A stretch of 64,000 nt of DNA from Bigelowiella natans CCMP2755 (taxonomy: Eukaryota; Protista; Cercozoa), in the NCBI GenBank assembly GCA_000320545.1, contig ADNK01000278.1, positions 1,645-65,644 of the forward strand. Direction: 5' to 3'. Below are positions 13,600 to 27,471 of the stretch, in pieces. The position numbers and the translations under genes were made by a program. The notes below the pieces were generated by a model. That model had not been told where the DNA came from, ran no database searches, and saw only the letters and a program-made list of their open reading frames with translations. Position 1 is the stretch's first letter; the number at the start of each line of letters is the position of its first letter.

Positions 13600-14460
13600 G
13601 ACAATGATGTGCGCCAGACAATTGAGTCACTCTAGCATTCATGGCGGATAGATCTAGATGTTCGCAATCTTTAGACCTAGATGGGCATGCTAGCACGTAA
13701 AAGCAAACATGAGCTGTTGTGAGCCAGTCACGTCGCTGATTCGTTTCATTTTGGAAGAGCGCTCCTTTGCTAGCTAGCTAGCTAGCTTCAATTTTGTGTA
13801 CTCTGCCTGCTACCTGCACGTGCAACTTGTCTAGCTAGCTAGCACTGCTAGACTGGAGCATTTGGCAACATCCCCAGCTAGCACAGCCACCAAACCATTG
13901 CACTCTGCACTCCAGCACTGTCAGGAAACCCAGAAACGCTGGAACGCTAGAACGATCATTTTCTAGTTTTGCGTGAGGTCGTCATTCATGATGATCCATT
14001 GATTGTCTAGATTGTTCCAGTTCTCATGGTTCTGCACACCTAACTAGCTAACTGAGCTAGCTAGCTAGACACATGTAGACAGTCTAGACGTGCGCCAAGC
14101 TAGCTAGCTAGCGACATCTAGACAAAATGTTTGTGACTAGACGAGGAGAATCTGGACATCTCCAACCTGTCTCACTAGCTTGTCTAGCTTGTCACGGAAT
14201 TTCTAGCGTGCGCGTGCAGCCAGCAGAGCAGCAGAGCAGCAGAGTATCGCTACATCAATTTAGCGATCATGGCATTTGAAGATCAATCCCAGCTAGTCCA
14301 TCTAGTGTTGGCAACTCTAGACCTACATTAGAACTGGCATTTTTAGATTCCAGATTGAGTGTGCATCACATGGATGCGGCTGCCATGTCATGATCATGCA
14401 TTCATGAGAGCAATCAGTGAATGCGACAAGCATCATAACACATTTTGATCTGAAATGAAA
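13600..14460. other. CTAG-rich, otherwise TpA-depleted convergent intergenic tract
   Basis: About 30 CTAG in ~800 bp by hand count. Almost all other TA are half-sites (CTAN or NTAG). Confidence 0.85.
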
Positions 14461-14552
14461 CACATGAGATTCACAGATTCATCCAACTTCCAATTTAATG
14501 TGTACGTATTTGCACTGCCTGCGAGTGCTACCTCGTGCTGCCTACATCGCAT

Positions 14553-17500
14553 TTATCTTTTTAACACAACTGGCTTCATCTTCACAATTGGAGGAGCTTC
14601 GAACCGTTTTTTGGGTTCCGCCAACAATCTAATCATAATGGACAAAATGACATCATTAACACAAGGTGAAAGAAATTTAACGGAAACAATTCTTACTTCA
14701 GAAGTTGCTGACAAGAGTTCATTAGCTCTAAGAATCGCATTTCTACGCGTTGCACTGGTTATTCCCAGAACAGAAAGAAAATTATTGGCTGAACCAGATA
14801 AGCTCTACCTAATTTACCTATAGGTCTAGATTTCGATTCTGTAGCAGTGTTGGAGCTCGAAACGGTCAGTTTTGCTCCCGCAGTTGCTCCTAACATCTTA
14901 AATTAACAACCAACAAAATTTCAAAAGTAAATCTTTGGTTTAACGTAAAACCTTAATTTGATATGAACCTTAATTTGCTCAGCGTTCACTGCAGCAATGT
15001 CTCGTTTGAATTTCCTTTGAACCTATTGTTATGAAGTATCCTATTGGTTATGAATTAAGGGTACATTCAATTACAATAATAAAGACCCTATCTAGAGTAA
15101 GTTCAAGCGCTTCCATTGCTAGATTTTTCCTCTTCAGTTGTTCACGGACACTTAACTCAGACTGGATATGAGAACAAGAGCGCCTTTAATTTTGAAATAC
15201 AATGTATTTAAAGTTGAAGTAGTAACTATTGGTCTCTTGAAGAATGGATTCTCAAGCACAGGTGTGTTTAAATCCCAATCACTTCCGTAGACAGTTGGTT
15301 GCTTGTCTCCATTCTTTAATTCCTCATTAGAAGGGACCTCGTTCATATCCCGCTTGACTACCCTAGAGAGCTGAGCAAGGAATGGAATCCGATTGTTTTG
15401 ATTTCTTTTCTTACTTCGATCGAGATTCCGCTTAGCTGTTGGATTTCCTATGGATAAAAATTTACTAATTTTATCACTGCAAGAAATATTAATATATTAG
15501 TTATTGACCTAATTTGGCAGCTTCTTTCCAGTAACTAAAATTAACACAAAATTAGGAGAGGCTTTTGAATAAATATGTTGGAGACCTTATGGCTTTCGCG
15601 GAATCCTTAGGTGTCCCAGTGCCATTGAAATAGCAAACGCCTGGATTATGGACTGTAAACTGTTTGATATAGATTAATACTAAGGATATTGACCTAGGTT
15701 GGTCAATGCAGCTGCGTCGCCCATCTTTGCAGCCTACCCAAAACATCGTTCGATAGATTATGTTTGTGATATATTTGATCTTCGTACCTTTTCATAGAGT
15801 TCAATAGCTTTCTTGAAGTCTTTCTCGCAGCCCATTCCCTTTTTGTAACATACTCCAAGGTTGCATATATCCGTGGGATTTCCTGGAAGGAGAGATTAGG
15901 ATACATTCCACAAACTCCTAGCGAATAGTTGTCACCTATTTCAGCTGCCTTTTTGAAATATTCGAAAGCTTTTTTCTGTTCATTATCAAGAGCTTAGAAT
16001 GCATATGGTGGCATCTTACCTTCCAGTGTATACCTGGTTTTTGTCCACACCAACACCTTTCGCATAACATACTGCGAGACTGGACATGGCCATTGCATCC
16101 CCTGTTGAATCCAGTTGTTCAAGAACTCCACTGAACATAACTACCAACATACTACCTAACATAGCAGCTCTGTGGTAATACTTGATCCCTTTAGTTGTAT
16201 CTTTGTCTACACCAATTCCCTTCATGTAACACCTTGATATTTATAAAAGAGCGTTCTTGGCACTAGCCTTATGTAATTAAAACTGATCCAACCAAAACTT
16301 TCAAAATGTTACCAGCCGAGTTTTTGATTTCCCACAGGATCCCCCAGGTTTGCGCTTTGCCGAAATAGTCCAAATGCCTAATGTGTAAGTGAAATCAACA
16401 TTTATCCAACAAAGATGATCTTTATTCATCTCCAACAAAGATGATCTTTACTCAATGTACCTGTTGATTATATGTACTTTTCCCGCTGGATGAGACCTAA
16501 CATAATTATACTTCGAGATCACAATGAGAAAGAGATTTAGATACATGCTTATTTTATGCGCAGCACAGCGGGCATTAGAGAAAAAAAGGTCATTAACCTC
16601 AATACGTACCACACATTTTGCCAGGTCACTGTACGCAGCAGCGTTTCCTGCATGATACCAAGATATTACCAAGTGGATGCATACCAGCAAGTTATCCAAA
16701 CCATTTCCTGCTGCCTTTTTGTATTGAGCTATTGCCTTCCTCATATTAGCTTCTACACCGATGCCTATGTGAAGTATACCAAGGATAATGACGGATAATA
16801 CCAAGAAACACCAATGCACGGGCTACCCTTTTCATAGCAGAATCCAACTCCCCGAACTCCTTCCAGACTACCCCTTCAAGATAATAAAAACGATCAGATA
16901 CGGACTGAGGGTAGATAATACGATAAACAATTTTTTCATTGCCCTGTTGAACCATTTCCATGCTTCTTTTTCATCCTCTTCTGTTCCAATTCCCAAAGCA
17001 TAACACCACGCGAGCTTAGCAATTCCATCGGGGAGACCAACTTTCTTTGACTGAGATAACAATAGGCAGCGCACTTGAAAATTAAAATAATAGAAACTTA
17101 AAAAATTATGCTACTTTTTGATAGTATTCGAAGGCTCTTTCCCCATCTTTTTCGACCCCTTTAGCTTGTTCGTAGCATTCACCTGTAATATTTTGTTTGT
17201 GAAGATGGGAGTTCGACTTTATCTTGAGATATTCATCAAAAGAATTATCACCAATTCTTAGCATTGCTCGAGGGTCTCCTCTTTCTGCAGCCTGGAATAG
17301 ACATACTACTTTTGAAATCAAGTTTCGTCTGCAAATCGCTTGAACGTATTACCAACTGGTATGTGGTAAATGCCATTGATAGATCCCTTCTGATTCCGAC
17401 CTGGAGGGAAAAGTCCAAACAACATATTAATGTCTTGCTCTACCCTTCTTAGTGATCTTCCGACCCCGCGCTCGTAGCAGTCACCCAGAGCTAACATGCT

Positions 17501-20500
17501 GCCGATAGAGCCTAATTTTACTGCTTTCGAGAATAGTCTGACAGCATTTTCGGGATCCTAGTATGTTGGTATGTTATTGGCTTTTAGTAACAATTTAGAA
17601 AAACGATATTTGTTTTACTCCATACTTGGGCTACTCCTGTTCCGTTCATAAAGCATCGGCCTGAATGCATTTAAAATGTCTCACAGTTACCACTTTCTAG
17701 CTCAACAACAGTTCAGATACCAAGCCTCAGGAATGACTCCGCATCACCTGTGAAACCATTTTTCATAAATACAAACATATGGGGTCCTTTTGTTGTTGTA
17801 CTTCCTTACCAAGATGAGCAGCCTCTGTGTATAACTCGACAGCTCTTCCATAATCCTTCGCAGTCTACAAAGACCAACTAAGTTTTATTGAATCTATTGT
17901 CGCTGGTTGGTTGAGGATTACCCCTTTTCCATTGTAGTAACACTTCGCAAGATAGTATTTACCGGTAGGATCACCCATGCTTGCTGCCTGGAAAAGATTA
18001 GAAATTCTGTCTTACACCTATCTATCTTCCAGCTTTCCGCTGTGATCAACGATTACTCTTTTGAATAGTAAAAAGGCTCTCTTCACATCCTTCGCCGATA
18101 GGAAACATTTACCCAAGTATGTGAATGCTGCATACCATGAAGTTAGTTATCGGAATAACGGTACTAGTGTCTCAAGAGATGTAACCGGCAGCATGCCCTC
18201 CTTCTGCAGCCTTTTCATAGTAACGCACAGCTTTCTTTTCGTTAATTTTGGTTCCGATCCCTTGCGTGGACAGAGTGTCAGAGATAAACAAGCCCAACGA
18301 TGCTGATGCATGACAATTCCGGGAAAAGCTTACCATGATGATAACAGTATCCCAGTCCACAAAGTGCAGCAACATTCTGCAACAAAGCAAAATAACAGTA
18401 GTTGCAAAGATGAGGTATTAAAAAGAAGCTTGACACACACTATTCCAAAACCAATACGAACAGACTGTATGTTATACCTTATCTTCGCTCTCTTCCTTAA
18501 ACATTCGAACCGCTGGAAGATCATTACAATAGAGAACGATGAAATATGAAGGTCACATTAACCACTTATATTCTTCACAAGAGAGATTTCTACAATACCG
18601 ATGTCTTGGTCGCGAATTACTCCTTCTCCCTTTGCGTAGCACCTTAACAATAGCCAGATAAATTATGTGTGAATGATGAAATCAAATTCGTTTTGAGCTT
18701 TACACTACCATGCGAGCCTGACTCGAGCGTCGGAGTGGCTGGGGTCAAAGAAAAAAACATCTCTGTGTCTGTTTGCCCGTGTACACATGAATCTTGTGTG
18801 ACAAAGTTTTCATGTGTAGTGAGAGTAACCCTTGCAGGGATGCCTTTTGGTAAAGCTCCACAGCTCTTGATGTATCTTTCTCTAAACCAATGCCTATGAG
18901 ATTGGAATGGTATAACATTTCTGCCGCAGGACAAGGCTTTCGTTTAGTTTCTGACCAAGCCGATAGCAGTTAGCAAGCTCCGTAATTGCATTCAGGTCTT
19001 CTTCAAGGGGTTTGCTCTGATAAGGTATGAACTCAGAAATGCTGCATGCTCCAGACACATATACTCACAAAATTCCCCGAAATTGTAGTCTACCTGGTAG
19101 ATTTCAACGGCCTTTGCAGGATCACGTCGGACGCCTTCAAATAGAAACTAAGTTGAAAGGAGTTTTTATTCCCAAAATATGTCTGTTCCTTGTACCCTTT
19201 CCGAGAATATAACACTTAGCCAACGAAAGGAGCGCTTCTGCATTACCCATGGCAGCTTTCTGTAGCATGTGATTCAGTTCAGTCTCTAGCCACATCTAGG
19301 CCATGGAGTGAACGATGTTAATGTAAAACCTTTTCGTATGCCTTAACCACTTTTGCAGCAGCTTTTTCGTACTTCTCAACAGCCTAACCAAGAACATTTC
19401 TGAAACAAATGATCGCCTTGATGAAAATCTTCACCCTTTCCATTTTTTCGGGATGCTCTTTCATATCTTTTATCTCGGCCGCAGCCTTTGCCTTAGCTTT
19501 TTTCAAGGGATCTATTAATAAATGCATGAAAATAAAAAGTGCCCTCGTCAATAGATCAGGGGAATGACGCACCTCCAAGCATTTTCAGGGCCTTTTCTCC
19601 CTTGCGTCGCGTTATATCCGCAGCTGTCAATCCTTGTATTTGTACATTTTCTTGGACGTTAGACTGAATCATATTTTTGCATTCCATAATAGAGACCTTG
19701 ATTGTCTCTAATCTTCAAGTTTGCCCCAGCTTTCACCAGGATCTCTGCCATTCTCTGATTTTGGACTATGGCAAACATTAAATCACAAGGGATTCAAGCG
19801 AATTATCAATTACTTGGGAATAACCTCTCGAAGCGAGTATTAATGGTGTAGCCCCAGTCTCATCCTACGAATTATTGCAATTACTTACATTTGTTGTAGA
19901 TTACTACATGAAATATACTACCTGAGAATTGATGTTTGCCCCTTTTAATATAAGATACTTGACAATCTCCTCCCTGCCACAGAGAACTCCCTTTGTGTAC
20001 AAAGAAACACTCGATGATATTCTTATGCGATTAAAGTTGGGCAATACCGTCATTATAGGTGTTTGTTGCTCGGGGTTTCTGGACTCAATGTCTGCATCAA
20101 CGTCTATTAGTCTTCGTACAATAAGCAACGAGCCCCCGACAGTCTGTAGGTATTTGTCGTCATTCCTACATTTCTATAGAAAATGGATGGAGATAAAACA
20201 CTATTTTTGGTTAGCTTACCGCATCATGAATAAGATAGGTGTATGGTTTCAGAAGGAGGTGCCGAGAACTATCCAGAAATGTCCTAAATAGCCGAACAAA
20301 GTCTGTACATAAAACTCTGATAAAGAATCTCCTCTCACCCTTCGTCGCCTTTCTTTATCGCAATCACTAAGTTCTGATGCAACGTAAAAAATGAATTCTT
20401 TCAGACTCTTCTCAGGAAGAATCGCTGGGAAAAGTCGTGATGTACATGAATATGCTCCTTTTTTGACTCGGTTGCCTCGGACACCAATTCTGTTTCAATC

Positions 20501-23500
20501 TAATGTAACAGGCTCAGGTTAAAATACAATGCGGATTATGAAATATTCTTCAGTATATCATATCTCAACCAACGCAGTGGCCATTATGCTTCTTCGACGA
20601 CGGTCTTCCTTGGATGCTGGAACGAAATAATTAACTCAGTCAACGAAGAACTGCATCTGATTCTCATCCTTGCTACCAATCACTTCATTTCTTGCTTCTG
20701 TATGGTTGCTCTTGATCTCACTTTCAACCTACAAGATGCAGCACAGTATTTAGAATAATTGGATAATATGTATAGGTATCAATCGCTCCCTACCAATTTG
20801 GATGCTGACTTCACCTAAGAAAATGAAACATTTAGACTGGCTTTTATTTTGTCCATATAGGCTTTCATATTACTACCGTTTTGTTTGCAGGGGAAGTATC
20901 TGTGCTGTTCTTGCCACTTCGGATGGCACGAGGGGAGTCAAATGTTCCTGAAAACAAACGAAAGGATTGACAGTCATGAATTTGTCGAAGAATTTGATAA
21001 AATGGGGATAAAAATTTACCGTTTCCAGGCTGTAATGTCGGACCCGTTCCTGTTTCAGGTTTTAAATTTTCAACCTTCATAAAATATTGCGCTATTGTTA
21101 TATCACCTTTACTCTCGTCATTACTATCCGAATGATCTACATCAATGCTGGACATTGAGTTCGAACGAGAATGCAAAGGCGAAACTAGAGCCTGAAATGT
21201 ACACCATCAAAATACATCTAGGATCCTCTCACTGATACATCACCAAGGAATTCTGCTTAAGTATCTGGGGAGGGTTGGTCCTTCGCAGCCTTTGGAGGGA
21301 TGCAGCACTAGTTGCAAAACATATTTTCAGATTAATTGAGTGTAAGAAAAGGGATCCACCTTGGGCTGTCACTGCCTGGTCTCCAGATTTCCTTTGTTTA
21401 AATAAAATCCTCTGTCAGTCTCGCCATTTACATGAAGCAAAGTATAGTGATATACACTTACCGCGTTGCCGTCTACGCTGCTATTACCATTTTCATCGGC
21501 TAAAGTAATGTCCATGCTTCCTCCGGGGGTACGATAGTCGACACCTGAACGAAAATTAAGAAGTTCACTCTACTCCTCAAAGTCAATGTTATAGATTACC
21601 TAACGAACCCACTGTCGTAATGCTATGGTTATCTTCTTCATATTCCCCGCCTTCTGCCTTGACCGAGAGATTTTCTGTCTTCTCATCTATGTCAAGAAGC
21701 ATAGCTCAGCAAGGAAAGATACAGTCGAGGTCAGTCGCATACCAATCTCCTCCTCAATAATAGGCTTGTCATCGGAATCTCTCTACCAAAAGTGATGATG
21801 AGAAACACTCAAAAAATGATCGCCATTTTTCCCTACCATTGCTGAGTATGAAGTTCCTGGACGGTCCGATCCCGAGGTTCCCGGACGTGCATCGCTTGCA
21901 ATAGCGCCGTTTGCCGAAAGAATCGCAAGGTGTTCTTAAGGACAAGTTTTCTTTTTATGCAATTGACATTTATGCGAATGCATTTCGGCTCTCATTACCC
22001 AGTTGCTCTTTTGACAGCTGCCCACCCTTTGTTAGTGCATTCTGTAACTCCTTTATTGCCTAGATGGTAAGGTACTAATTCGCCTCAGTTGAAAGGTTTA
22101 GTTCAGGTTTTATACTACTTTATCCTTCTTTGAGATGACTTCTTTTAGCTGCTTAACCAATTCCCTATACTGTTCCAGTGTCAACACTTCGTTCACCTTT
22201 GCCGGATGAAAATATAAATGATCAATTTGCTTGGGGAGGTGGAACAGAAACACAATACCATAGCTTTGTTTTTAACCGACTTTGCTCGAGTTGCGAATCG
22301 CAGTGTCGAAATAGTTTCTTTGATGTCACTAATATGAAAGTTATATTCGCTAAGTAAAGCATCTTGTAATTGAATATTTTACCTTCCATCTGGGGAGCAG
22401 CACACGACAAGTACGGTTTTTGAGTTCCCTCCCAAGGCATCCTAAGAGTAATCTTATCACAACTCTGGGCTAGATTACTCATTGAATGCTACTATTCTAG
22501 AAAACTTAAACACTTTCAATAGCCTTGTGAGAGTAGAATCTCGAAATGGTACGTGTTTGTTCTTCTTAACCAGCGCCTTTATGCAATTTCCTATCGAAAT
22601 TTAATAAGTTTGAGACCTCTACATGATACCAACAAAATTTGATGAAAACCTAAAGCTGAAAGAGATTTATTAATTGCCTTTGCCTCGTCGAAACTCTGCC
22701 CTTTAGCATTTGTCCTTTTTTGTGATTCACTCCCTGCAAGGTCGGCGAGATTCAAAGTGCCCTGAATATTCAATTTTTCAGCATCTAATTCCGAAAAACA
22801 AAATGAGTTCTGACCTCTAGCTGTGTTCCATTCGATAGTTTCTGAAGTCAATACAATAAATTTTTTATTTGGATTGTCGTGTTAATTAGGATTTGAACAC
22901 CTGGATAAGATTGATGATAAGAACGCTATGGGATCTCGAGGATTTGTCGTTCATGTCTGTCTTGTTGACCTATAACAGAATTGGAATTATTCAAATGCTT
23001 CCCATCCAAAGCGAAGTGTGAAAGATGCCTTTCTGTGCTTGCCGCCTTCGTTAATGATTTTATATATTTCTTCTGGCTTGCTGCAGTACTCTTCTTTAGC
23101 ACCCTTTAATCAAGTATTATAATGTGATCCAAAAATTAAGACTAGTTCTGAATATCACCTGGATATACGTTGGACCACTGGGACGCATTCTCAATCTTAA
23201 TGCAGGCCCTTTAGGGTTCAAAAGATCAAGCAACTTTTCCTATTATAGACTACATTTAGAACAGTAACTCGCCAATTCGTGTTCGTTTTGCACCTGATAA
23301 ATCTCTACGAAGGAACACTTAATAAAAACTTGCTCTACTTCAGCCTGACATAATATTTACGCATTCAAGACAGATATTGGTAGAAGAAAATGAAATATGG
23401 ATGCCTTCGCATGAGTAACTGCAGCGAATAGTGCCTCTGCGCAACGAGGTATGATTCCTTTGTTGGTGTTTCGTGATAAATCCCCGAACATAGTGAAAGT

Positions 23501-24020
23501 CTTGCCACTTCCTGAATAGCATAGGTATGTAATCTCTCGCAACTAGTCTTCTACTGTCCCCACCTGTCTGTCCATAAGCAAATATTGTTCCGTTATATCC
23601 GCGCACAACATCTTTCACGGTATCCTTGGCGACCTAGCAAATTTAGAGAAATTGAGAGAATTCTTTTGGATCTAAGATAATTTTGAATTACAGCATCGAA
23701 CATCTGCTCCTGTGTGCTACCTACAATCGTATAAGTAATGTAATTGATATTTAGGATTAAATCATTTGTTGATGATATTCTGGAGCACCAGGAGCAAAAA
23801 TGCGGTCAAGATTAAATCGCCGATCTTCTAGATTTCTGATATAGGATAGAGAGAAAGAGCTGAGGTATAGTCGTTTTAGAAGTAGCAATGGCACATTTGT
23901 CATACCCCCCGTCAGACACTAAAACAGACTTCCCATCTGGACAAAACTTTATGCCAATTCCCTGCGACATGAAATTTTGTCTTAATTATGACAAATTATG
24001 TTTCTTTGATTTATATTTGT

Positions 24021-24066
<46 letters not shown>

Positions 24067-24336
24067 ACATACACACATACACACACAGGCTCTAGGCTTG
24101 TATGTGCATGTGTGGTTACACGTGTGTCCATGCATGCATGTGTGTGCCGAAAACGTTGATATCGTGAACCATACCGAGCCCTTTTTTTCATTATTCGAGT
24201 CTGCTCTATGGCCAATTTGATTAGCAGAGGGGCGAAATCTGAGAAATGTGGAGAAAACCATGTGAAAATTTAACAAATAGACACAAACGGACATTGTGCA
24301 CCTGGCCAAAACTTTTACGTTTGTTCCACCACTCAT
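14553..24336 (-). CDS. Kinesin motor protein fused to ankyrin repeats and many SEL1-like repeats
   Basis: Motor: [11 protein letters not shown]|[17 protein letters not shown]|[38 protein letters not shown]. Ankyrins at ~20.2-19.6 kb ([28 protein letters not shown]). SEL1 repeats at ~19.3-15.5 kb ([39 protein letters not shown]). Stop at 14553-14555. Confidence 0.85.
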
Positions 24337-24537
24337 TGTTTTTCTTGTATCCAGAAATGCAACAAATCCTCTCAAGTCAATTCTGATTTTGTTAGAATGA
24401 TGGTATTCGAAGAACCATATATATGATGTCACTTCAACGTGGTGCGCTGGACCTGACACAACTTGTTGTGGGGTTTAAGAACTAAAAGATGCATCGGTAC
24501 GAAATGAACGTTTGCGTTGCAAACCAATGTGACAAAC

Positions 24538-26610
24538 ATGGCAATGGATCATCTGTCGTAGGTTTAGAATGCACAGTCAGATGTAAAAAAAAAAATCTGA
24601 AATGTGCAAGCGTCAGGCCTGACTGTGCAAATTCTCACATCTAAAGGATCTCTGAGGCACAGCAGCGTCGGAGACCGTTTTGCGCTGAAGGTGTGATGTG
24701 GGTATCAAGTACCGAGATGTGAACGCTGTCGCGCATCTGAATTCCCTGTGTTTCGTACTGCGATTTCACTTGAAATCGCCTGGATCAATGGGAAAATAGG
24801 TTCCGAATAGTGAGCCAATAAGCTTGATCCAACATGTCGTACAACCAAAGTTGCCCCAGGTATGAGTATTCTGGAAAGCTCATCACCTTCCAGCCTTCCA
24901 TCTGAAAGAATACTAATTCTATATTCATTGTATTATTTTAGGTGGAATCGCCAGAAATTTTATGGTTGGCTGCATAGAACCAGTAACAAGTAGTGACGGG
25001 TACTTACTGCTGTCAAAGTTTGGAAGATCAGCGGGTAGAATTAGGCGAAATTAGCGGGAAAAAAGACACAATAAACAGTTCGCTTAATAATATTTCGGCA
25101 GATTTTTCAAAAAATGAAGGCTGACAGACTGGTGAGGAGGGGGGACGTGTAAGAAGAGTGAGTGATGTGGGACAGGATATATGCTAGAGAACATGATATG
25201 GAAGAACACCTAGTTGAAGCCAATAAAATTTCATGGGGGTTGGGGTTAGATAGAATGTTAGAATCAGGCTTGGGGGAGAGATGTAGGTGTTAAGAGGAGG
25301 AGAATTTAACCCTAGGTGGGAAATGTATGTAATAAGGATACCATTTGTGGGTTCCCAGGTGTTATTTGGGGTCCTACTGGTCTCCACACTGGCTCAGGTT
25401 CTTGTATTTGAAGTCATTCAAAACGCAATCCTTTAAAGTAGTTCTTATTTTTTCCAAAGGATGTGTCGGTGGCCGGTAGGCTGGCGAACAAGTTAAAGGA
25501 AGTGACAGAAGGCGCAGCTTCAAGACATTCCAACACCATCTCAATCGAGAAAACATCTATGAATATCCCTACTACTTTTACTACTACCCACGTGAAGTAT
25601 AAAGCAAATTCACCCGAAAATTTAGTGAAGTTTATGGAACAGATCAAGGTTGTCAACTCTTTTAAAATTAAAACACCTGATGATGATGCAGCAGCAGCAG
25701 CAGTAGCCTGAAGTTGATGTAAGTAGTACTTATATCATACACTTGCTCAGAAAATAGACAGTAAGAAGACTCAGAAAGTAGACAGTAAGAAGACTGATCA
25801 AGAGCAGGTGCAACTTCAAGCTGAGCCGGTACTAGCTATTAACATATATTCAAATAATCTTTGTGCTTTCTTCTGACAACGCTAGCTGCTTTGCTTTAGA
25901 TTACGGAAACGATCGCCGATCACCAATTTGCCGCTCCAGACTTTCATGATCCCTACGCTCTTGCAAATGTAAGGGGATTTCACAAATTAGTCGGTAGTGA
26001 GAATTTGCCGTCGTCATCATCATCATCATCCTATGTTGTTCGTTCAGTTGATAGGGATCCTTATGCTAACCGTGGTGGTGGTAGCAGTTGCTGCATGGTA
26101 CATATCAAGGAAGTAAGTAGCCTTTCCGCTAATGAATCAACGCAACTTTCTCTGTCTCTTTCCAGGAGAGTTCCAATGAGAGCATTCGTATTCATCTGCT
26201 TACAGGTTGCAGGAATTTACGGAGGAGACAATTCGAATTAACTGCAAAAAAGATAACATCTTCAAAACAAGTTCTTCAGATATTGTTCCAGAAAAGTAAT
26301 ATAGGAAGAGAGAGAGATGCGCACAAAATCATGATCTCACTAGTAAATCCAAATGACTAGAATACTGACTTTCAGGACAAAAAATCATAGCCGAGCAAAG
26401 TCAAGACGCGCGCACAAAGGCTCTCTTCCAGTCGTGCCAGAAGCTGGTGAATCAGTTTGATAGCTACTGGCATGATGCAGCAAGTAGATAATAATTTAAT
26501 ATTTCTAATGAACATCCGGTCTCAAATCATCCGGTGCTGCTGTTGTTATTTCGAATTTATTGTCCGGAAGAATATGAGATCCAGATGCGCGACTTAAATT
26601 TCTTATGAAA
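24538..26610 (+). CDS. Hypothetical multi-exon protein (boundaries approximate)
   Basis: Series of short GT-AG-bounded open segments (PRCERCRASEFPVF; GGIARNFMVGCIEPV; DVSVAGRLANKLKEV...KFMEQIK; VAGIYGGDNSNL). No family recognised. Confidence 0.45.
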
Positions 26611-26619
26611 CGAATGAAA

Positions 26620-27430
26620 ATCTGGTAGAAGATGCGTTTGGCTGCGGTTTTTACGTAATCTCAGCCAAATAGCATGTTTATGCTATGCAACGTCATCGCG
26701 ATGGTAACACGAATGCGTAGGTCGGTGAATACTCCTGCAAGTATCCGTTTGTACTATTATAAACGATACTGCATCTGTGTGCCATTTGTGCGAGAGATTG
26801 TCGCTGAGATATTCGCTATTCATTCTGAGTCTTCCGGCGCAGATAATGCTCTCTATGAAACGCGCGTAGCATACTAGCATGGCCCTATCAGCTATATGAA
26901 TGGATGAAACGATGTTGCTAGATGTATACACGACACTCTTGCTAGTGTCCATGTCTAGACATTGCATATCAAGTCGTCCGTGCCTACTAGCTTAAGTTGG
27001 CTAATAGCTAGTAGCACAAGTTAGCAAGTAGCATGCCACACCATGCTAGCTAGCTAGCATGCTATCACTTCATAATACTGCTAGCAGACTGATTATTTGC
27101 ATGTAGGTACATATAGCTAGACATAGGCTGATGATTTTTGCGCGCTCCATGTCACATGTAGCATTATTTAGACATTTAGGATGCAGCTCGAGCTCATGCG
27201 TTGCAAGGCATGATCATGCTAGCATGCACGAACAAAGCAATTGCATCGGGTTGCAGCAAGTGTAATATCTAAATACGTGACTGTTAATGGATAAGACGTT
27301 ATCGAATGCACAGTACTCTCTAGTATGAAGCACAGCTAAAGTGCAATATCTACACACCCACACGTGACTAATAATGGTTAAGACGTTATCGAATGTACAG
27401 TAAAAAGCACAGCTTACTGGGGCATACAAA
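26620..27430. other. CTAG/CATG/TGCA-enriched convergent intergenic tract with a diverged 41-bp direct repeat
   Basis: gctagctagctagc runs; repeat copies at ~27275-27315 and ~27362-27402. Confidence 0.6.
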
Positions 27431-27471
27431 ACATTTCAACAGGGCTAATTTTTACCGTCCCTTTCTTCTAT

